Part shown: positions 28,872 to 38,552 of the stretch, one piece after another
How positions within the stretch are numbered: position 1 is the first letter of the stretch
Layout: every line of letters begins with the position of its first letter
From: a virus
IMG/VR virus record: IMGVR_UViG_3300021168_000355
Coordinates: 1-64,000 of that record
Length of the DNA stretch: 64,000 nucleotides
Reading direction: 5' to 3' (one strand)
Notes under the pieces: model-generated
What the model was told of the DNA's origin: nothing
The model's database searches: none
Seen by the model: the letters and a program-made list of their open reading frames with translations, nothing else
Position numbers and translations under genes: made by a program

Positions 28872-30326
28872 TTAAAGGGTCACAATGTCGGTGGCTACAA
28901 CAACCACGAGAATGTGAACGAAACCTCGGGCAGGAATGAAAATGGTCGATAGCCCATCGTATTCCCCGATCCCATAGTGAGTGGGGTTAGCCTGGGAATA
29001 GGGGATAAACGGAACCGCGTTCACATTGCATTGACCTGTAAACGTACCACTGTTAATGGCAGTTGACAAATCAGCCGAGTTGTATTCGGTCTGGACAACT
29101 TGGCCGTTGACAAGACCAAATTGTCCACCTCGCGTCATCGTGCCAGCAAGCACGGACTCCAGATAGTTGATACCTGGTTGATCGTAATACAGAGGAGCCA
29201 ACGGATTGTTGCTACCATTGATGATAGCATTGGTCAGGTCCACATTGACACTGAGTTGGACCCAATCGATAGTCCACCACCAGTTGAAGTAATCCTTTCC
29301 ATCTGCCGTGACGCCCTGATAAACGTTGGTGAACGCGATACCGCCTTCTGCCCCTGTCTGGATGTAATTGACAAAATTGTTCTTGAAGGAGACAAGGCGT
29401 GGCCCATTGCCCTGCGAGGGGTAGGGCGTGACACCATAGACGTATTTGAAGCACATAGGCGAGATGCGGGTGACTGAGGTCGCCTTGTACTGCATTGCCC
29501 AGAAGAACATGGAGGCCAGAGTGAACTCGGAATAGTTCCCTGGAAGCGTGGCATTTCTCGCCGCCTGAACGCCAGGAGCCTCAATCATCTGGATGACGCA
29601 TTTAACGGTGGGCGGAATCAATCCAACCGCCGCCAGTTCAATCGTCGTCCAGAAATAGGTCATTGCTTCTGGATCAGTGAACTGCTGGTAAAGGGCAAGA
29701 GCAGCAGGGATATTTGCAGCAGTGCCCCAATAGTCGGGCAATAAATATCCGTAGTAAGATAGAGGATTGAGATTGAGCCAATCTTCCATAGCTGAAATCT
29801 CAGCCGAGAACAGAGGCTGATAACCCAACTCCAAAACAAGACAAGTGGTTCCAGTTCCTTGCCTAAAGAATGTGGAAGCCATTGAATTAAGTTGGGAGAC
29901 AGAGTACAGCTGGAATTGGCCACCGCCTGCTGATCCCCCAGGACCACCTGGATCAGTGGTCAGTGGATAAGTGAACTCGTTGGCACCCGTGACAGTGCAG
30001 GTGAACGCTCCGTTGTATCCTGGAGGAATGATCCCAGTGATCACCATCTGGACAACAGAACCTGTCGTCACGTTGGCAGGTAGGGGATCAGTGGTCGTGC
30101 AAGTTGCAACCCCGGTCAACCAAGTGATACCCTCAATAGCGCCTGAGGGTTGAAGCAAAGGCTTCAAATCGTTGAACTGGGTTAACAACGACACACTGTT
30201 GGGGGTGATTGTCGTACCACCAAACGACACCAGCACCCCAGACTGTTGATAGTTCTGAGGAGCAGGCGCTAGGATAGTTGTGACTTGTACCGTAACGATG
30301 GCATTTGGATCTTGGTAGACGCTCAT
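28872..30326 (-). CDS. tail sheath protein (DUF3383-like)
   Basis: GAEGGI, F.WW..IDW.Q, NAIINGSNN..PLYY.Q.GI. Confidence 0.8.
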   Translation of the reverse strand: MSVYQDPNAIVTVQVTTILAPAPQNYQQSGVLVSFGGTTITPNSVSLLTQFNDLKPLLQPSGAIEGITWLTGVATCTTTDPLPANVTTGSVVQMVITGIIPPGYNGAFTCTVTGANEFTYPLTTDPGGPGGSAGGGQFQLYSVSQLNSMASTFFRQGTGTTCLVLELGYQPLFSAEISAMEDWLNLNPLSYYGYLLPDYWGTAANIPAALALYQQFTDPEAMTYFWTTIELAAVGLIPPTVKCVIQMIEAPGVQAARNATLPGNYSEFTLASMFFWAMQYKATSVTRISPMCFKYVYGVTPYPSQGNGPRLVSFKNNFVNYIQTGAEGGIAFTNVYQGVTADGKDYFNWWWTIDWVQLSVNVDLTNAIINGSNNPLAPLYYDQPGINYLESVLAGTMTRGGQFGLVNGQVVQTEYNSADLSTAINSGTFTGQCNVNAVPFIPYSQANPTHYGIGEYDGLSTIFIPARGFVHILVVVVATDIVTL

Positions 30327-31357
30327 GTTCCTGCTCCTACAGTTGCGCGGGTTCGGGCTGAGATATGGCCACTAATTCCTGGAGGCTCGATCTTAGCCTC
30401 GTTCTGCACCACACAATGTTTAATAAACTGGCGTGCGACATTTCGGACGCTCTTTTGGAGATAGGCAATCTTAAACTCGATGGTTTTCTTCTGGGCAAGA
30501 ACACCGAGTTCGGGGCTGGTTCTCTTTTCATCCATGATGATTGGCATATTCATCATTCCGATGTAATTCCAATCATATGAATATTGGATAACGAAATTAA
30601 GGAAAGTGATTATGGTATCGTTATTCACACCATATGTTGTCACCCGAACAGTTTCGGCAGCCAATTGTTGACTGGTCAACGTTGGGCCCAAGAAAGCTGT
30701 TTCCACGAGTGAACGGGTATCCTCAATATGGACAGCTCCATAAGGAGGTTGTAAATTATCAGGTACGAGGAACGATGGGTATAAATCAATTGGACATGTA
30801 AACCCAGGATATGGTGGAACATAGGATCTCATCGCCAACCAAATCGGAAGGGAGTTGGATACAATTGGTTCCAGAGCGTCGAGTTCTGCCTGAGTATCAA
30901 TAACCTGGGTTTCGTCAATCGCCGATACGGCAGTGCCCATATAATGATACAAGTTGGCTTGTTCGTAAAATTTACCTCGACTACTAAAAGAAAACCGAAT
31001 TCCTTCAAAATTCGCCAAATACATAGTTTGGGGATTAATGTCCTTAAATGTATCAACTTCCGAAAGGGCGGTAAAGACAATGGTGTTATAAGCGATGGTA
31101 GCATCTTCATGTTGCCCAACATCAGTGGAATAGTGAAGTGATCCTTTGATGCTTAGGGTACCAGGCAGCGTGGGGTCAATACCGCCACTAGCCAAATCCC
31201 ATTTAACCCAAAATACAAATCCATCGACTGGAAGAATGACTTTCTTATATAGGGTAAAATTAACTCTTTGGTTATAGGATATGTTTTCAACACCTGCCGC
31301 AAGACTTGCAGCAAGTGGTGTTTTGGCAGAGGCGGCTGCTTCGTTAATTCTTACCAT
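30323..31357 (-). CDS. head-tail connector/tail completion protein
   Basis: Y...ILP.DGFVFWV, GSLHY, IVSNSLPIWL, YPSFLVP.N; position. Confidence 0.65.
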   Translation of the reverse strand: MVRINEAAASAKTPLAASLAAGVENISYNQRVNFTLYKKVILPVDGFVFWVKWDLASGGIDPTLPGTLSIKGSLHYSTDVGQHEDATIAYNTIVFTALSEVDTFKDINPQTMYLANFEGIRFSFSSRGKFYEQANLYHYMGTAVSAIDETQVIDTQAELDALEPIVSNSLPIWLAMRSYVPPYPGFTCPIDLYPSFLVPDNLQPPYGAVHIEDTRSLVETAFLGPTLTSQQLAAETVRVTTYGVNNDTIITFLNFVIQYSYDWNYIGMMNMPIIMDEKRTSPELGVLAQKKTIEFKIAYLQKSVRNVARQFIKHCVVQNEAKIEPPGISGHISARTRATVGAGT

Positions 31358-31863
31358 TAATCTACCCACGCCCTAAAGGAAGCTCGATAGATACCTGTGT
31401 CGATAAACGAGGGCCGTTGCGTACCTTGCATTGTCTTGGAACCTCGCCCATGTCTTACTCCAGCAAGAGCAGCTTTTGTTGGGACTCCAGGAACCCGACC
31501 ATTCATTTCCTCTGTATCTAGGAATTTCTTAAACAACGCCTCTATTTCTTTGGTAGCAGGTTTGAGCAAGGCTCCCAGATTAGTTGCGCGACGACCACCT
31601 GTCATCACGTCACCTGCTACCTTTTCAAATTGACTAAGTATGGAGAGTTGGATATCCGCCGCATGTAATTTGGTAAATTCATCGACAATTTGGTATTTGG
31701 CTTCAAGGATTGCAGCCACATCCTCTGCTGTCATGGTCTTAGAAAAACTGCGGCGACGCGGGCGTCGAGATTCCGCTCTTGCGGCAGTGACTGGACGAGC
31801 AATCGATTCCGCAGTGTAAGGGGTATTGATAAAGCCCATTTTCAGGGAAATGGAATCAGCCAT
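31357..31863 (-). CDS. neck/virion morphogenesis protein
   Basis: VA.ILEAKY, GVPT.AAL.G, RPSFIDTG.Y..SF.AW. Confidence 0.7.
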   Translation of the reverse strand: MADSISLKMGFINTPYTAESIARPVTAARAESRRPRRRSFSKTMTAEDVAAILEAKYQIVDEFTKLHAADIQLSILSQFEKVAGDVMTGGRRATNLGALLKPATKEIEALFKKFLDTEEMNGRVPGVPTKAALAGVRHGRGSKTMQGTQRPSFIDTGIYRASFRAWVD

Positions 31864-32339
31864 TATGATATCCCCCAAAGCGTGCCGATGTTCTGTGCAA
31901 TGGAGAGATACATTCGGCCCCAAGGCGTTTTCAAGTTTTGGAGATCGCCTAAGGTCATATTCTTTAAGAAATCCGAAACCGCAATACCTTGCGACGTGCT
32001 TTGGTCAGAGGAGAAGTTAATCACTCCACCCACAAAATTGTTAATGTTAAAGGAGTCCCGTAGATCCGACCAATAGGTCGGATCACTGGATCCTGGTATA
32101 TCAGGTGCGTAATTGATGAGCGTATCCGCACCCAGACTATAGACAGCGGTCGCATATACACTGGGTGATGTTATCTGTGATGGAACAGCCAGCAACCACC
32201 AATAGGTCATATTCAGGGAGAAATCGTAAGAGAATTGGACAGCATTTGGATCCACATCCGTAGGCATCTGATCCGCGGGAACGCCCACGATATTAGTCAG
32301 GAACGCCTGATAGCCTACGAATGTTGGATCGTCAGTCAC
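31863..32339 (-). CDS. head-tail adaptor (DUF4054-like)
   Basis: TPWGR.YL C-terminal motif; position. Confidence 0.7.
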   Translation of the reverse strand: MTDDPTFVGYQAFLTNIVGVPADQMPTDVDPNAVQFSYDFSLNMTYWWLLAVPSQITSPSVYATAVYSLGADTLINYAPDIPGSSDPTYWSDLRDSFNINNFVGGVINFSSDQSTSQGIAVSDFLKNMTLGDLQNLKTPWGRMYLSIAQNIGTLWGIS

Positions 32340-32878
32340 TACCGACTCCTCAACCCTCTGACATTCGAGCCCTCAGATGGGGGAACACGCAGGACCTGAA
32401 TGCCCTCTGAGAACAGGTCTGGATGCCCCTCTTTAGAACCCTCTTTGGGAGGATCCTCTTCAACGGACATTTCAAGATTGGTGAGCTTCATGGCATTGTT
32501 ATCTGGGCCAATAATCTCATTCTCGATGGTGCTGGAAGCAGCGACGGCGCTCTCCTTCCGAATAACTTTACCCATTTCATCCTTTAGTTCTTGGTATTTA
32601 AGAATGGCCTTTTTCAATACATTCTCGGAGATAGGGGCACCGAGAGAATACATAATCCCACCAAACCTTGGCGAGTCATACCTACCAACTTCCATAAACC
32701 CATAGGGTTCATGCTGGAGTATGATGCCTTGAATATCATCAGGTGTTGGGCTACCGGCTATTTTAACCTGAGTCCCAATCGGAATCTCTTGAGCAGTTGG
32801 ACTAGAACGTCCTGACGCTCGATATAGGAACGTGTAGTGTTGTTTGGTTGCGTTTGCCACATACATATCGGTCATCAT
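32339..32878 (-). CDS. virion-associated hypothetical protein
   Basis: YVAN.TKQ...F.YR...II.QH..YG; follows the capsid gene. Confidence 0.6.
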   Translation of the reverse strand: MMTDMYVANATKQHYTFLYRASGRSSPTAQEIPIGTQVKIAGSPTPDDIQGIILQHEPYGFMEVGRYDSPRFGGIMYSLGAPISENVLKKAILKYQELKDEMGKVIRKESAVAASSTIENEIIGPDNNAMKLTNLEMSVEEDPPKEGSKEGHPDLFSEGIQVLRVPPSEGSNVRGLRSR

Positions 32879-32898
32879 AATTCTCCCTTTTATGATGC

Positions 32899-32988
32899 GG
32901 GCAGTCTGACATGGCTAAAGATGGGAGGTAATCCTTAACCTATGTCAAACTGCCCTATCCGCCCAAGCTTGAGGAGGCCCCGTGCGGA
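32899..32988 (-). ncRNA. cuckoo-like twin-hairpin RNA in the capsid 3' UTR
   Basis: Two hairpins presenting CCUCCUC and CCUCCC; G-U pairs favour the minus strand. Confidence 0.5.
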
Positions 32989-32989
32989 A

Positions 32990-34012
32990 TTACGAGTTCT
33001 GGACGCTCAGGATCGTAATGGCTTCGGGACGAATGCCCCAGCCAGGTGAGATCCTGAACTCCGACAAAATGTCAGTTGCACCACCCGGAAGCGGAGTTGG
33101 AATCTCAGTCGGCGCCGCTTTGTCACAATACATGGCGGTGCAGGCTTCGAGGCCAGGGGCAATCTTTGCCCATTCGTTGGTGTTCCACTTCGTGCCAGTG
33201 GGCTTCTCGACCTCTGTCATAACAAAGACAATGGCGTCAGTGCCGCCCTGTCCCTTGCCGATCAGGGTGTCATCATAGCCCCAATCAATGGTGTCGCCGT
33301 TCATTTCCATGACCGACTTCACCATTTGAGCAGAGGTTGCAGAACCAGCGCCGGCGCGTTGGAACTGAACCAACTGGACGATGTTCACCATCTCCATCAT
33401 GCCCAGATCACGCTGCGGGCCAATGATGGTGAACTTCCGACCAATACCGAACTGATATGTCCGGGTCTTGATCGCCGCCATAATCGTCAGGAAGAACAAC
33501 GCGAGTTCACCATTGTCATAGGTGACCATCGTATCGTTTCCATTGGAATCAGGCGGTAGTGTCGTCGCCGTCGCGCCATTCGTATTGAGCAACCCCTCAC
33601 CATTCTGGGGGTTGAAGCCATAAAGCAACCCGTTACGAGCGAGTTGGAAATGGCCCTGACGCATACCAAGGCGTTGAGCCTCCATCATCGGCATCCCCCA
33701 GCGTGCGAGGGCGGCGGTGTCGTGGTGATCAAATTCACCGCGTACTCGGAGCAAATAAGTCGGCACCGAGATTTGCGACATGACGATGGTGACTGAGGGC
33801 AACTGGTTGTAAGCGGATTGACCCGCCGCAACCTTCGTGCGAATATCGGCCCTCTTTGCATAAACCCACAGATCACCCTCGCCAAGCTTCGGCATCGGAC
33901 CACCCGACGGAAGCAGGTCGAAGGCGTTGGACGCCTGTGAATACTGGAGGATAACACCAGGCTCGACAAATGACGGATGAGCCTGAATAAAGGCCGGTGC
34001 AATAACTGGCAT
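32990..34012 (-). CDS. major capsid protein (DUF2184-like)
   Basis: 340 aa, strongly biased codons, follows protease and decoration genes; RQG.FQ..R..LLYG. Confidence 0.85.
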   Translation of the reverse strand: MPVIAPAFIQAHPSFVEPGVILQYSQASNAFDLLPSGGPMPKLGEGDLWVYAKRADIRTKVAAGQSAYNQLPSVTIVMSQISVPTYLLRVRGEFDHHDTAALARWGMPMMEAQRLGMRQGHFQLARNGLLYGFNPQNGEGLLNTNGATATTLPPDSNGNDTMVTYDNGELALFFLTIMAAIKTRTYQFGIGRKFTIIGPQRDLGMMEMVNIVQLVQFQRAGAGSATSAQMVKSVMEMNGDTIDWGYDDTLIGKGQGGTDAIVFVMTEVEKPTGTKWNTNEWAKIAPGLEACTAMYCDKAAPTEIPTPLPGGATDILSEFRISPGWGIRPEAITILSVQNS

Positions 34013-34071
34013 TGAAGTTCTCCTTTACATGGCCGGTTATGCCGGCGTGTTCCTGAGTTTGGGTCCTTGTT

Positions 34072-34668
34072 TTAGATTTTAACGACGGCGACACTTCCCG
34101 CGCGATTCCAGGTTAACGCGCCGGTTGTCGCGTTGTAAACTGGAACCATGCTGTTCCCGATGTTGAAGGATAGGATTTCGACACCGAGGCCAGTACCCGC
34201 AATCAGCATGTTGTTGGTAAAATCCCAAGCAACAGCCGAATTGATTGGAGTCCCAACGAGGCTCGCGAGAGCAGGATCGCAGGGTAGAACGATGCGGGCT
34301 CTACTGCCGATAAGATAGTAGGCAACCATCATACCCGGCGCTGCCTGAGGCGCAGGAGACGAGGTCGAACTGATCATGGAGTGGTCTTGATTGAAGACCG
34401 ACCATCCCAAGATTGTTGCGTTGGACGTCGCCCGAGTGATGATATTACCCAGCGAATCCTGGCTGTCAGGCGAGGGCGGCGGGATAGACACCATCACCGG
34501 AATACCACCCCACATGGGAAGCGTCTCGGCTGGACCCAGTGGACCCCCACGCAATTCGTTGCGAATGTGGGGGTCGTCGAGGGCAAAGCCTGCAACATAC
34601 CCATTCGACTGGGCATTGAAACCACCCGCAGCGTTGGTGACAACGTTGGGGTTAAACGGAATAGTCAT
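34072..34668 (-). CDS. head decoration/cement protein
   Basis: G.A.DDP..R..L.GG, ETLPMWGG, ARI...D; position before the capsid gene. Confidence 0.75.
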   Translation of the reverse strand: MTIPFNPNVVTNAAGGFNAQSNGYVAGFALDDPHIRNELRGGPLGPAETLPMWGGIPVMVSIPPPSPDSQDSLGNIITRATSNATILGWSVFNQDHSMISSTSSPAPQAAPGMMVAYYLIGSRARIVLPCDPALASLVGTPINSAVAWDFTNNMLIAGTGLGVEILSFNIGNSMVPVYNATTGALTWNRAGSVAVVKI

Positions 34669-34710
34669 GGCTCATCCTTTCTTTTAGGTTATCCCGTTCA
34701 ATGAACGAGA

Positions 34711-35589
34711 TTAATGGGACCGTCGGTCAGGCAATCCCATTCGACTCACAATCTGGCGGGGACGAGCCATCTGGTGGATGAACGTCTTTTTGCCATGGTA
34801 GGTGGTGATGTTTCGACCCGCTTCATCCCGCTTGGAGGTGGCGCGGATTTCGTTGTCCTCCAAATCAGTTGGATTCAGAGAGGCTTCGATGGCATCGGCA
34901 TAAACCCGACGTTCAATGCTGTCGAAGAAGGCGCCCTCGGGAATGATGGAGAGGTCAGCGTCCTTGTTGTCGGCGCTGAACTCCTTCAACCCATTGGCAA
35001 GGCGGCGGCGATAATTCATCTTGGTTTCGCCGTCAAGCGGACGTGGAGCCTTCTTGTTGAAGCCCTGATAGACAGAATCCGCTTTGGATTGGATATCTGC
35101 CATCGCATTGAAGTCCTCGTCGGACAACTGCTTTGGAATCATCGCCCTGATTTCAGGCAATGCAGCTTCCAATTCCGCAAGCTTCTTCTTGGTCGCTGCG
35201 AGTTCGACCGCAGTTGCATCGGCGCGGGCGTCGGCAGCCGCATCCTTCTTATGAAGGAGGTGAAGGTCGCCGTCGTCCTTCTTGGCGTCGGGCTTGGAGG
35301 CATCGCCCTTTGCAGCGTCGGCAGCCGCAGCAGCGTCGGCAGCAGCTTTGTCAGCCTTCTCTTTCGCATCAGCGGCGGCATCGGCATCAGCCTTCGCGGC
35401 ATCCTCCTTCTTCTTTTTCTCCTCCTCCTTCTCGTTGTCCCAAGCGTCCATTCGGCTCTTGAGGGAGTCACAAGACTTGGAAACCTCTTTCAAGGCGTCC
35501 ATAATCTTTTCGGAGTCGGAACGAGTATCTGCCTTCGCAGCATCGCCCTTTGCAGTCGCGTCCTCTTTCTTGTCCTTGTCCTCGGCCAT
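34711..35589 (-). CDS. internally initiated scaffold protein
   Basis: AAGGAG RBS 8 nt before the in-frame ATG (MAEDKDKK...). Confidence 0.55.
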   Translation of the reverse strand: MAEDKDKKEDATAKGDAAKADTRSDSEKIMDALKEVSKSCDSLKSRMDAWDNEKEEEKKKKEDAAKADADAAADAKEKADKAAADAAAAADAAKGDASKPDAKKDDGDLHLLHKKDAAADARADATAVELAATKKKLAELEAALPEIRAMIPKQLSDEDFNAMADIQSKADSVYQGFNKKAPRPLDGETKMNYRRRLANGLKEFSADNKDADLSIIPEGAFFDSIERRVYADAIEASLNPTDLEDNEIRATSKRDEAGRNITTYHGKKTFIHQMARPRQIVSRMGLPDRRSH

Positions 35590-36597
35590 ATCTGTAACTC
35601 CTTTTGAGGTTGACACTCCTGTGGGAATATGCTCTTGTGTTCCCTCAGGCTCTTTTACAATTGAATCCGCTCGAACCATATCTGCTCGGATTCCTTCTGC
35701 TGGTCCGCCTTTATCCCAAACACCTGTTTTACAGATCGCTAAATGATCCACATACGTGGGCTTACCTTCAATCAATAAAGTGGATCCGTCCGAAAGCTTT
35801 AGAGTTGTGTTTTCGGTCGGGTCTCCGAACACCACAGTGGGTGACGTAGATAAGGTATGATCGGCCAAACGTTGATTTGCCTCATCATCATAAATCCGTG
35901 CTACCACATTGATTTGATCATCCTCAATCCATGAATAGCCAGTGGTACCTACCACTCGCTTGCGATGCTCCTCACTATCTAAAGTGGCTCCAGGCGGGTG
36001 CCACCAGATCACAGGTATTCCGGACATTCTCTCCATCAGACCAGGAGTCAACCAAATCTGAGGATCGCGGTAGACATATTCATCCAATGAGGGACGATGC
36101 GAGAACCCTGTCCCAGTTGCCCTCATCACATAAAAGGTTGCATTCTCAACCCTTTGGGGAGAACTTAATCCTTCGTGCGCCATCGCACGCGAAATCTCCA
36201 TTTCGTCCATTTTCGGTCGCCGGAGCGCCAACTCAACACCTGGATGAAGGTTGAGCGACTGGGCTTCATCGGCTGTGAACCATCCATAAGCGGTGTGTTC
36301 GTCATCAAGCTTGCATCGGAATTGGTCATCGACCTTTTTGACGAATGTGGTAAAGTCCACACCGTTAAAGAGGTAGCGGCATAGCTCACCGTCCATTGGT
36401 CCAGGGTTGAACCCTGTTTCCTCAATAGCCTCTCGTATAGCTGTAATTTCAGCGGTTTCATTATTCTCTGTCTTACCACCAGGGATACCCCAATAGCCTC
36501 CCATATCTCCTTTATTGGAGCGAAGCATAAAGAGGAATTTATCCTTTGGAGCTATAAAAAGGATACCTGCCGCTTTTATGATATCATCCGGTGGCAA
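34711..36597 (-). CDS. NUDIX-DUF2213 prohead protease/scaffold fusion
   Basis: Complete Nudix box GKTENNETAEITAIREAIEETG; DUF2213 motifs WHP, STSP, DHLAIC..GVWDK; charged scaffold C-terminus. Confidence 0.8.
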   Translation of the reverse strand: MPPDDIIKAAGILFIAPKDKFLFMLRSNKGDMGGYWGIPGGKTENNETAEITAIREAIEETGFNPGPMDGELCRYLFNGVDFTTFVKKVDDQFRCKLDDEHTAYGWFTADEAQSLNLHPGVELALRRPKMDEMEISRAMAHEGLSSPQRVENATFYVMRATGTGFSHRPSLDEYVYRDPQIWLTPGLMERMSGIPVIWWHPPGATLDSEEHRKRVVGTTGYSWIEDDQINVVARIYDDEANQRLADHTLSTSPTVVFGDPTENTTLKLSDGSTLLIEGKPTYVDHLAICKTGVWDKGGPAEGIRADMVRADSIVKEPEGTQEHIPTGVSTSKGVTDMAEDKDKKEDATAKGDAAKADTRSDSEKIMDALKEVSKSCDSLKSRMDAWDNEKEEEKKKKEDAAKADADAAADAKEKADKAAADAAAAADAAKGDASKPDAKKDDGDLHLLHKKDAAADARADATAVELAATKKKLAELEAALPEIRAMIPKQLSDEDFNAMADIQSKADSVYQGFNKKAPRPLDGETKMNYRRRLANGLKEFSADNKDADLSIIPEGAFFDSIERRVYADAIEASLNPTDLEDNEIRATSKRDEAGRNITTYHGKKTFIHQMARPRQIVSRMGLPDRRSH

Positions 36598-38214
36598 TCA
36601 CTCTCTCCTTAATGCCACAATGTTTTCAAACAATTCCAACGCATCTGCGGTGGATAGTTTCACCTTTGCTCGTCCAGGGGTTCCTTGGGGTCCTTTCTCA
36701 ACTCCTGGGGGAAGTCCATCAGGTCCTTTGAGGGCAGGAGGGCTAGGTTTACCAGCAGTCTTACCGCCGACTTGTGCGCCTCCCTTCGTTCCCTCTCCCT
36801 GTTCCACACCCTGTTGACCCGCCAACACAGCCATTGCTTCTGGCGGTATATAGTCCTTAAGTGTTTCCCAATTAAACTTGATTCCGTTGGAAAACATCTT
36901 GGTATCTTCGGTAATCGCATCGACACCCCATTTGATAAGCTCCATGCGATTTTCGGGGTCGATGACTGGCAACAAGACCTGCATAATGGCAATAATAGCC
37001 TTTAGCTTTGTGTCCGATATCTTAATCTTCTCGGATTCTGGCTCAACGAGAAGTGAGGGCCACGTGGCAACAAAGCTATTTTTCCAATCATAGAAAGCCT
37101 TAGTATAGGTCACGTTCTTGTAGGCTTCGGGATATTTCTTGCGTTGAGCCTCAAAGAACTCAGGGGTCCATGCCCGATACATACAGACCCGATCCATAAA
37201 CTCATAGAGAGGATTCATATCCTTTCGGACACCATCCACATACTTGGCAATGGCTTTAGCATCCTCTTTACCCTCAGCGAAGCCCCCAGCGAAGGGTAGG
37301 GAGTTGAGCAACTTGGAGGGCATATCTGCCGCAGAAGCAATGTTCTCCAGAATATGGTTCCGAGCCATTTCGGCTGGACCTTCCAAATTCTGGAGATTAA
37401 GGCTTTCTATGGACTCATCCACAGTTATAGATATGACGTTATCGGTAGAAGCCTCCCGAAGCAGGACACGCTTCATGCTGGCCATTACAGCCATTGCATT
37501 GTTGACAATTGGACCAATTATCTTGAGCTTGGCAACAATGACGCCTGCTTTACGGGCAATCATCGCATCCATCTTCAAGGTGTCAATATAACTCTTGAGC
37601 GGGTAGAGCGACCTCTGATAGCAAGAACGACCCACATAGCCAAAAGCTGAGGTCGTCCAAGCAATATAAATGGGCTGTTCGTTTAAGGTAATAACTGTCC
37701 GCGAGGGATGATATTGTGTCCCTGCAACCCGAACAACGTCATCAATGGGTTTCTGGAACCGCATTGAATTGGGGTCTTGTTCCATCGACAAGGACCCCGA
37801 CGTATTCAGTGGATCAAATACGTTAAAGCCGATTTTCAGGTCTTTGATGGTCTTATAATCGATTGGGCGATTGGGAGGAACACCCTGAGCAAGTAATCCC
37901 AAAGTCGATATGCCATAAACGCGCGATATGGTTTTAGCCGCATGAATGATCTTGTCCGCATTCAATGCTTCCCATTCCGATATGAATTGGTCCGCAACGT
38001 CATCGGTCTGACAAGAGCGAACCTTAATCTCTCGGGGCTGGGATTGAGCCAATGTAATGGGGTTCTCAGCTACCCTAGCACCTAAAGGGTGATAAAGGTA
38101 TATGAGTTTGCACATTTCATAGGACGACTCATCTCCGGGTTGAATGTCCTCGGAGTTGATAATTCGTCCTAAAAAATTGCCCGTTGTTGGGGCGTTGACA
38201 ACAATATCAGCCAA
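36598..38214 (-). CDS. portal protein (DUF1073 family)
   Basis: CK.IY.YHPLG, SR.YG, HPSR, GRS.YQR.L.PLKS, GF.EG.ED, WPSL. Confidence 0.85.
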   Translation of the reverse strand: MADIVVNAPTTGNFLGRIINSEDIQPGDESSYEMCKLIYLYHPLGARVAENPITLAQSQPREIKVRSCQTDDVADQFISEWEALNADKIIHAAKTISRVYGISTLGLLAQGVPPNRPIDYKTIKDLKIGFNVFDPLNTSGSLSMEQDPNSMRFQKPIDDVVRVAGTQYHPSRTVITLNEQPIYIAWTTSAFGYVGRSCYQRSLYPLKSYIDTLKMDAMIARKAGVIVAKLKIIGPIVNNAMAVMASMKRVLLREASTDNVISITVDESIESLNLQNLEGPAEMARNHILENIASAADMPSKLLNSLPFAGGFAEGKEDAKAIAKYVDGVRKDMNPLYEFMDRVCMYRAWTPEFFEAQRKKYPEAYKNVTYTKAFYDWKNSFVATWPSLLVEPESEKIKISDTKLKAIIAIMQVLLPVIDPENRMELIKWGVDAITEDTKMFSNGIKFNWETLKDYIPPEAMAVLAGQQGVEQGEGTKGGAQVGGKTAGKPSPPALKGPDGLPPGVEKGPQGTPGRAKVKLSTADALELFENIVALRRE

Positions 38215-38542
38215 CTAAGTTCCCCTCTCCATCAATGGCGGGTGGCTGACCCTGGGGTTGAACATTTGGGAATATAGGTGGTATGTTACCACCTGTACGA
38301 ATTATCTCCACTTGCCCCAGAAGCGGATCCTGTTCGACAGTGGGTAGATCAGGATCGATAGGGGGATCCAAATCAATCGCGATGGGATCAGGATCAGGCG
38401 TTATCTCGATTTGAGGCGGATCAACGGTAAGTTGTTGATACGCGAGTTTGGCTTGTGTTCCAAAAGGCAATGTGTTATCGATCACAAAGCCATAGAAACT
38501 TTTGGCATATTCAGGAGTAATGATTTTTACATTCTGGGGCAT
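38207..38542 (-). CDS. hypothetical Pro/Asp-rich virion protein
   Basis: RBS present; N-terminus resembles that of 38553-38918. Confidence 0.55.
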   Translation of the reverse strand: MPQNVKIITPEYAKSFYGFVIDNTLPFGTQAKLAYQQLTVDPPQIEITPDPDPIAIDLDPPIDPDLPTVEQDPLLGQVEIIRTGGNIPPIFPNVQPQGQPPAIDGEGNLVG

Positions 38543-38552
38543 TCATTCCTCC

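Noticed and set aside
34714-35746. Long plus-strand ORFs antisense to the scaffold (297 aa, 154 aa)
   Set aside because: Shadow ORFs from GC-rich biased codons on the coding strand; no RBS or recognisable motifs
36598-38214. Anti-CBASS Acb1 call for the DUF1073 protein
   Set aside because: No 2H phosphoesterase HxT motif pair seen; size and position fit a portal
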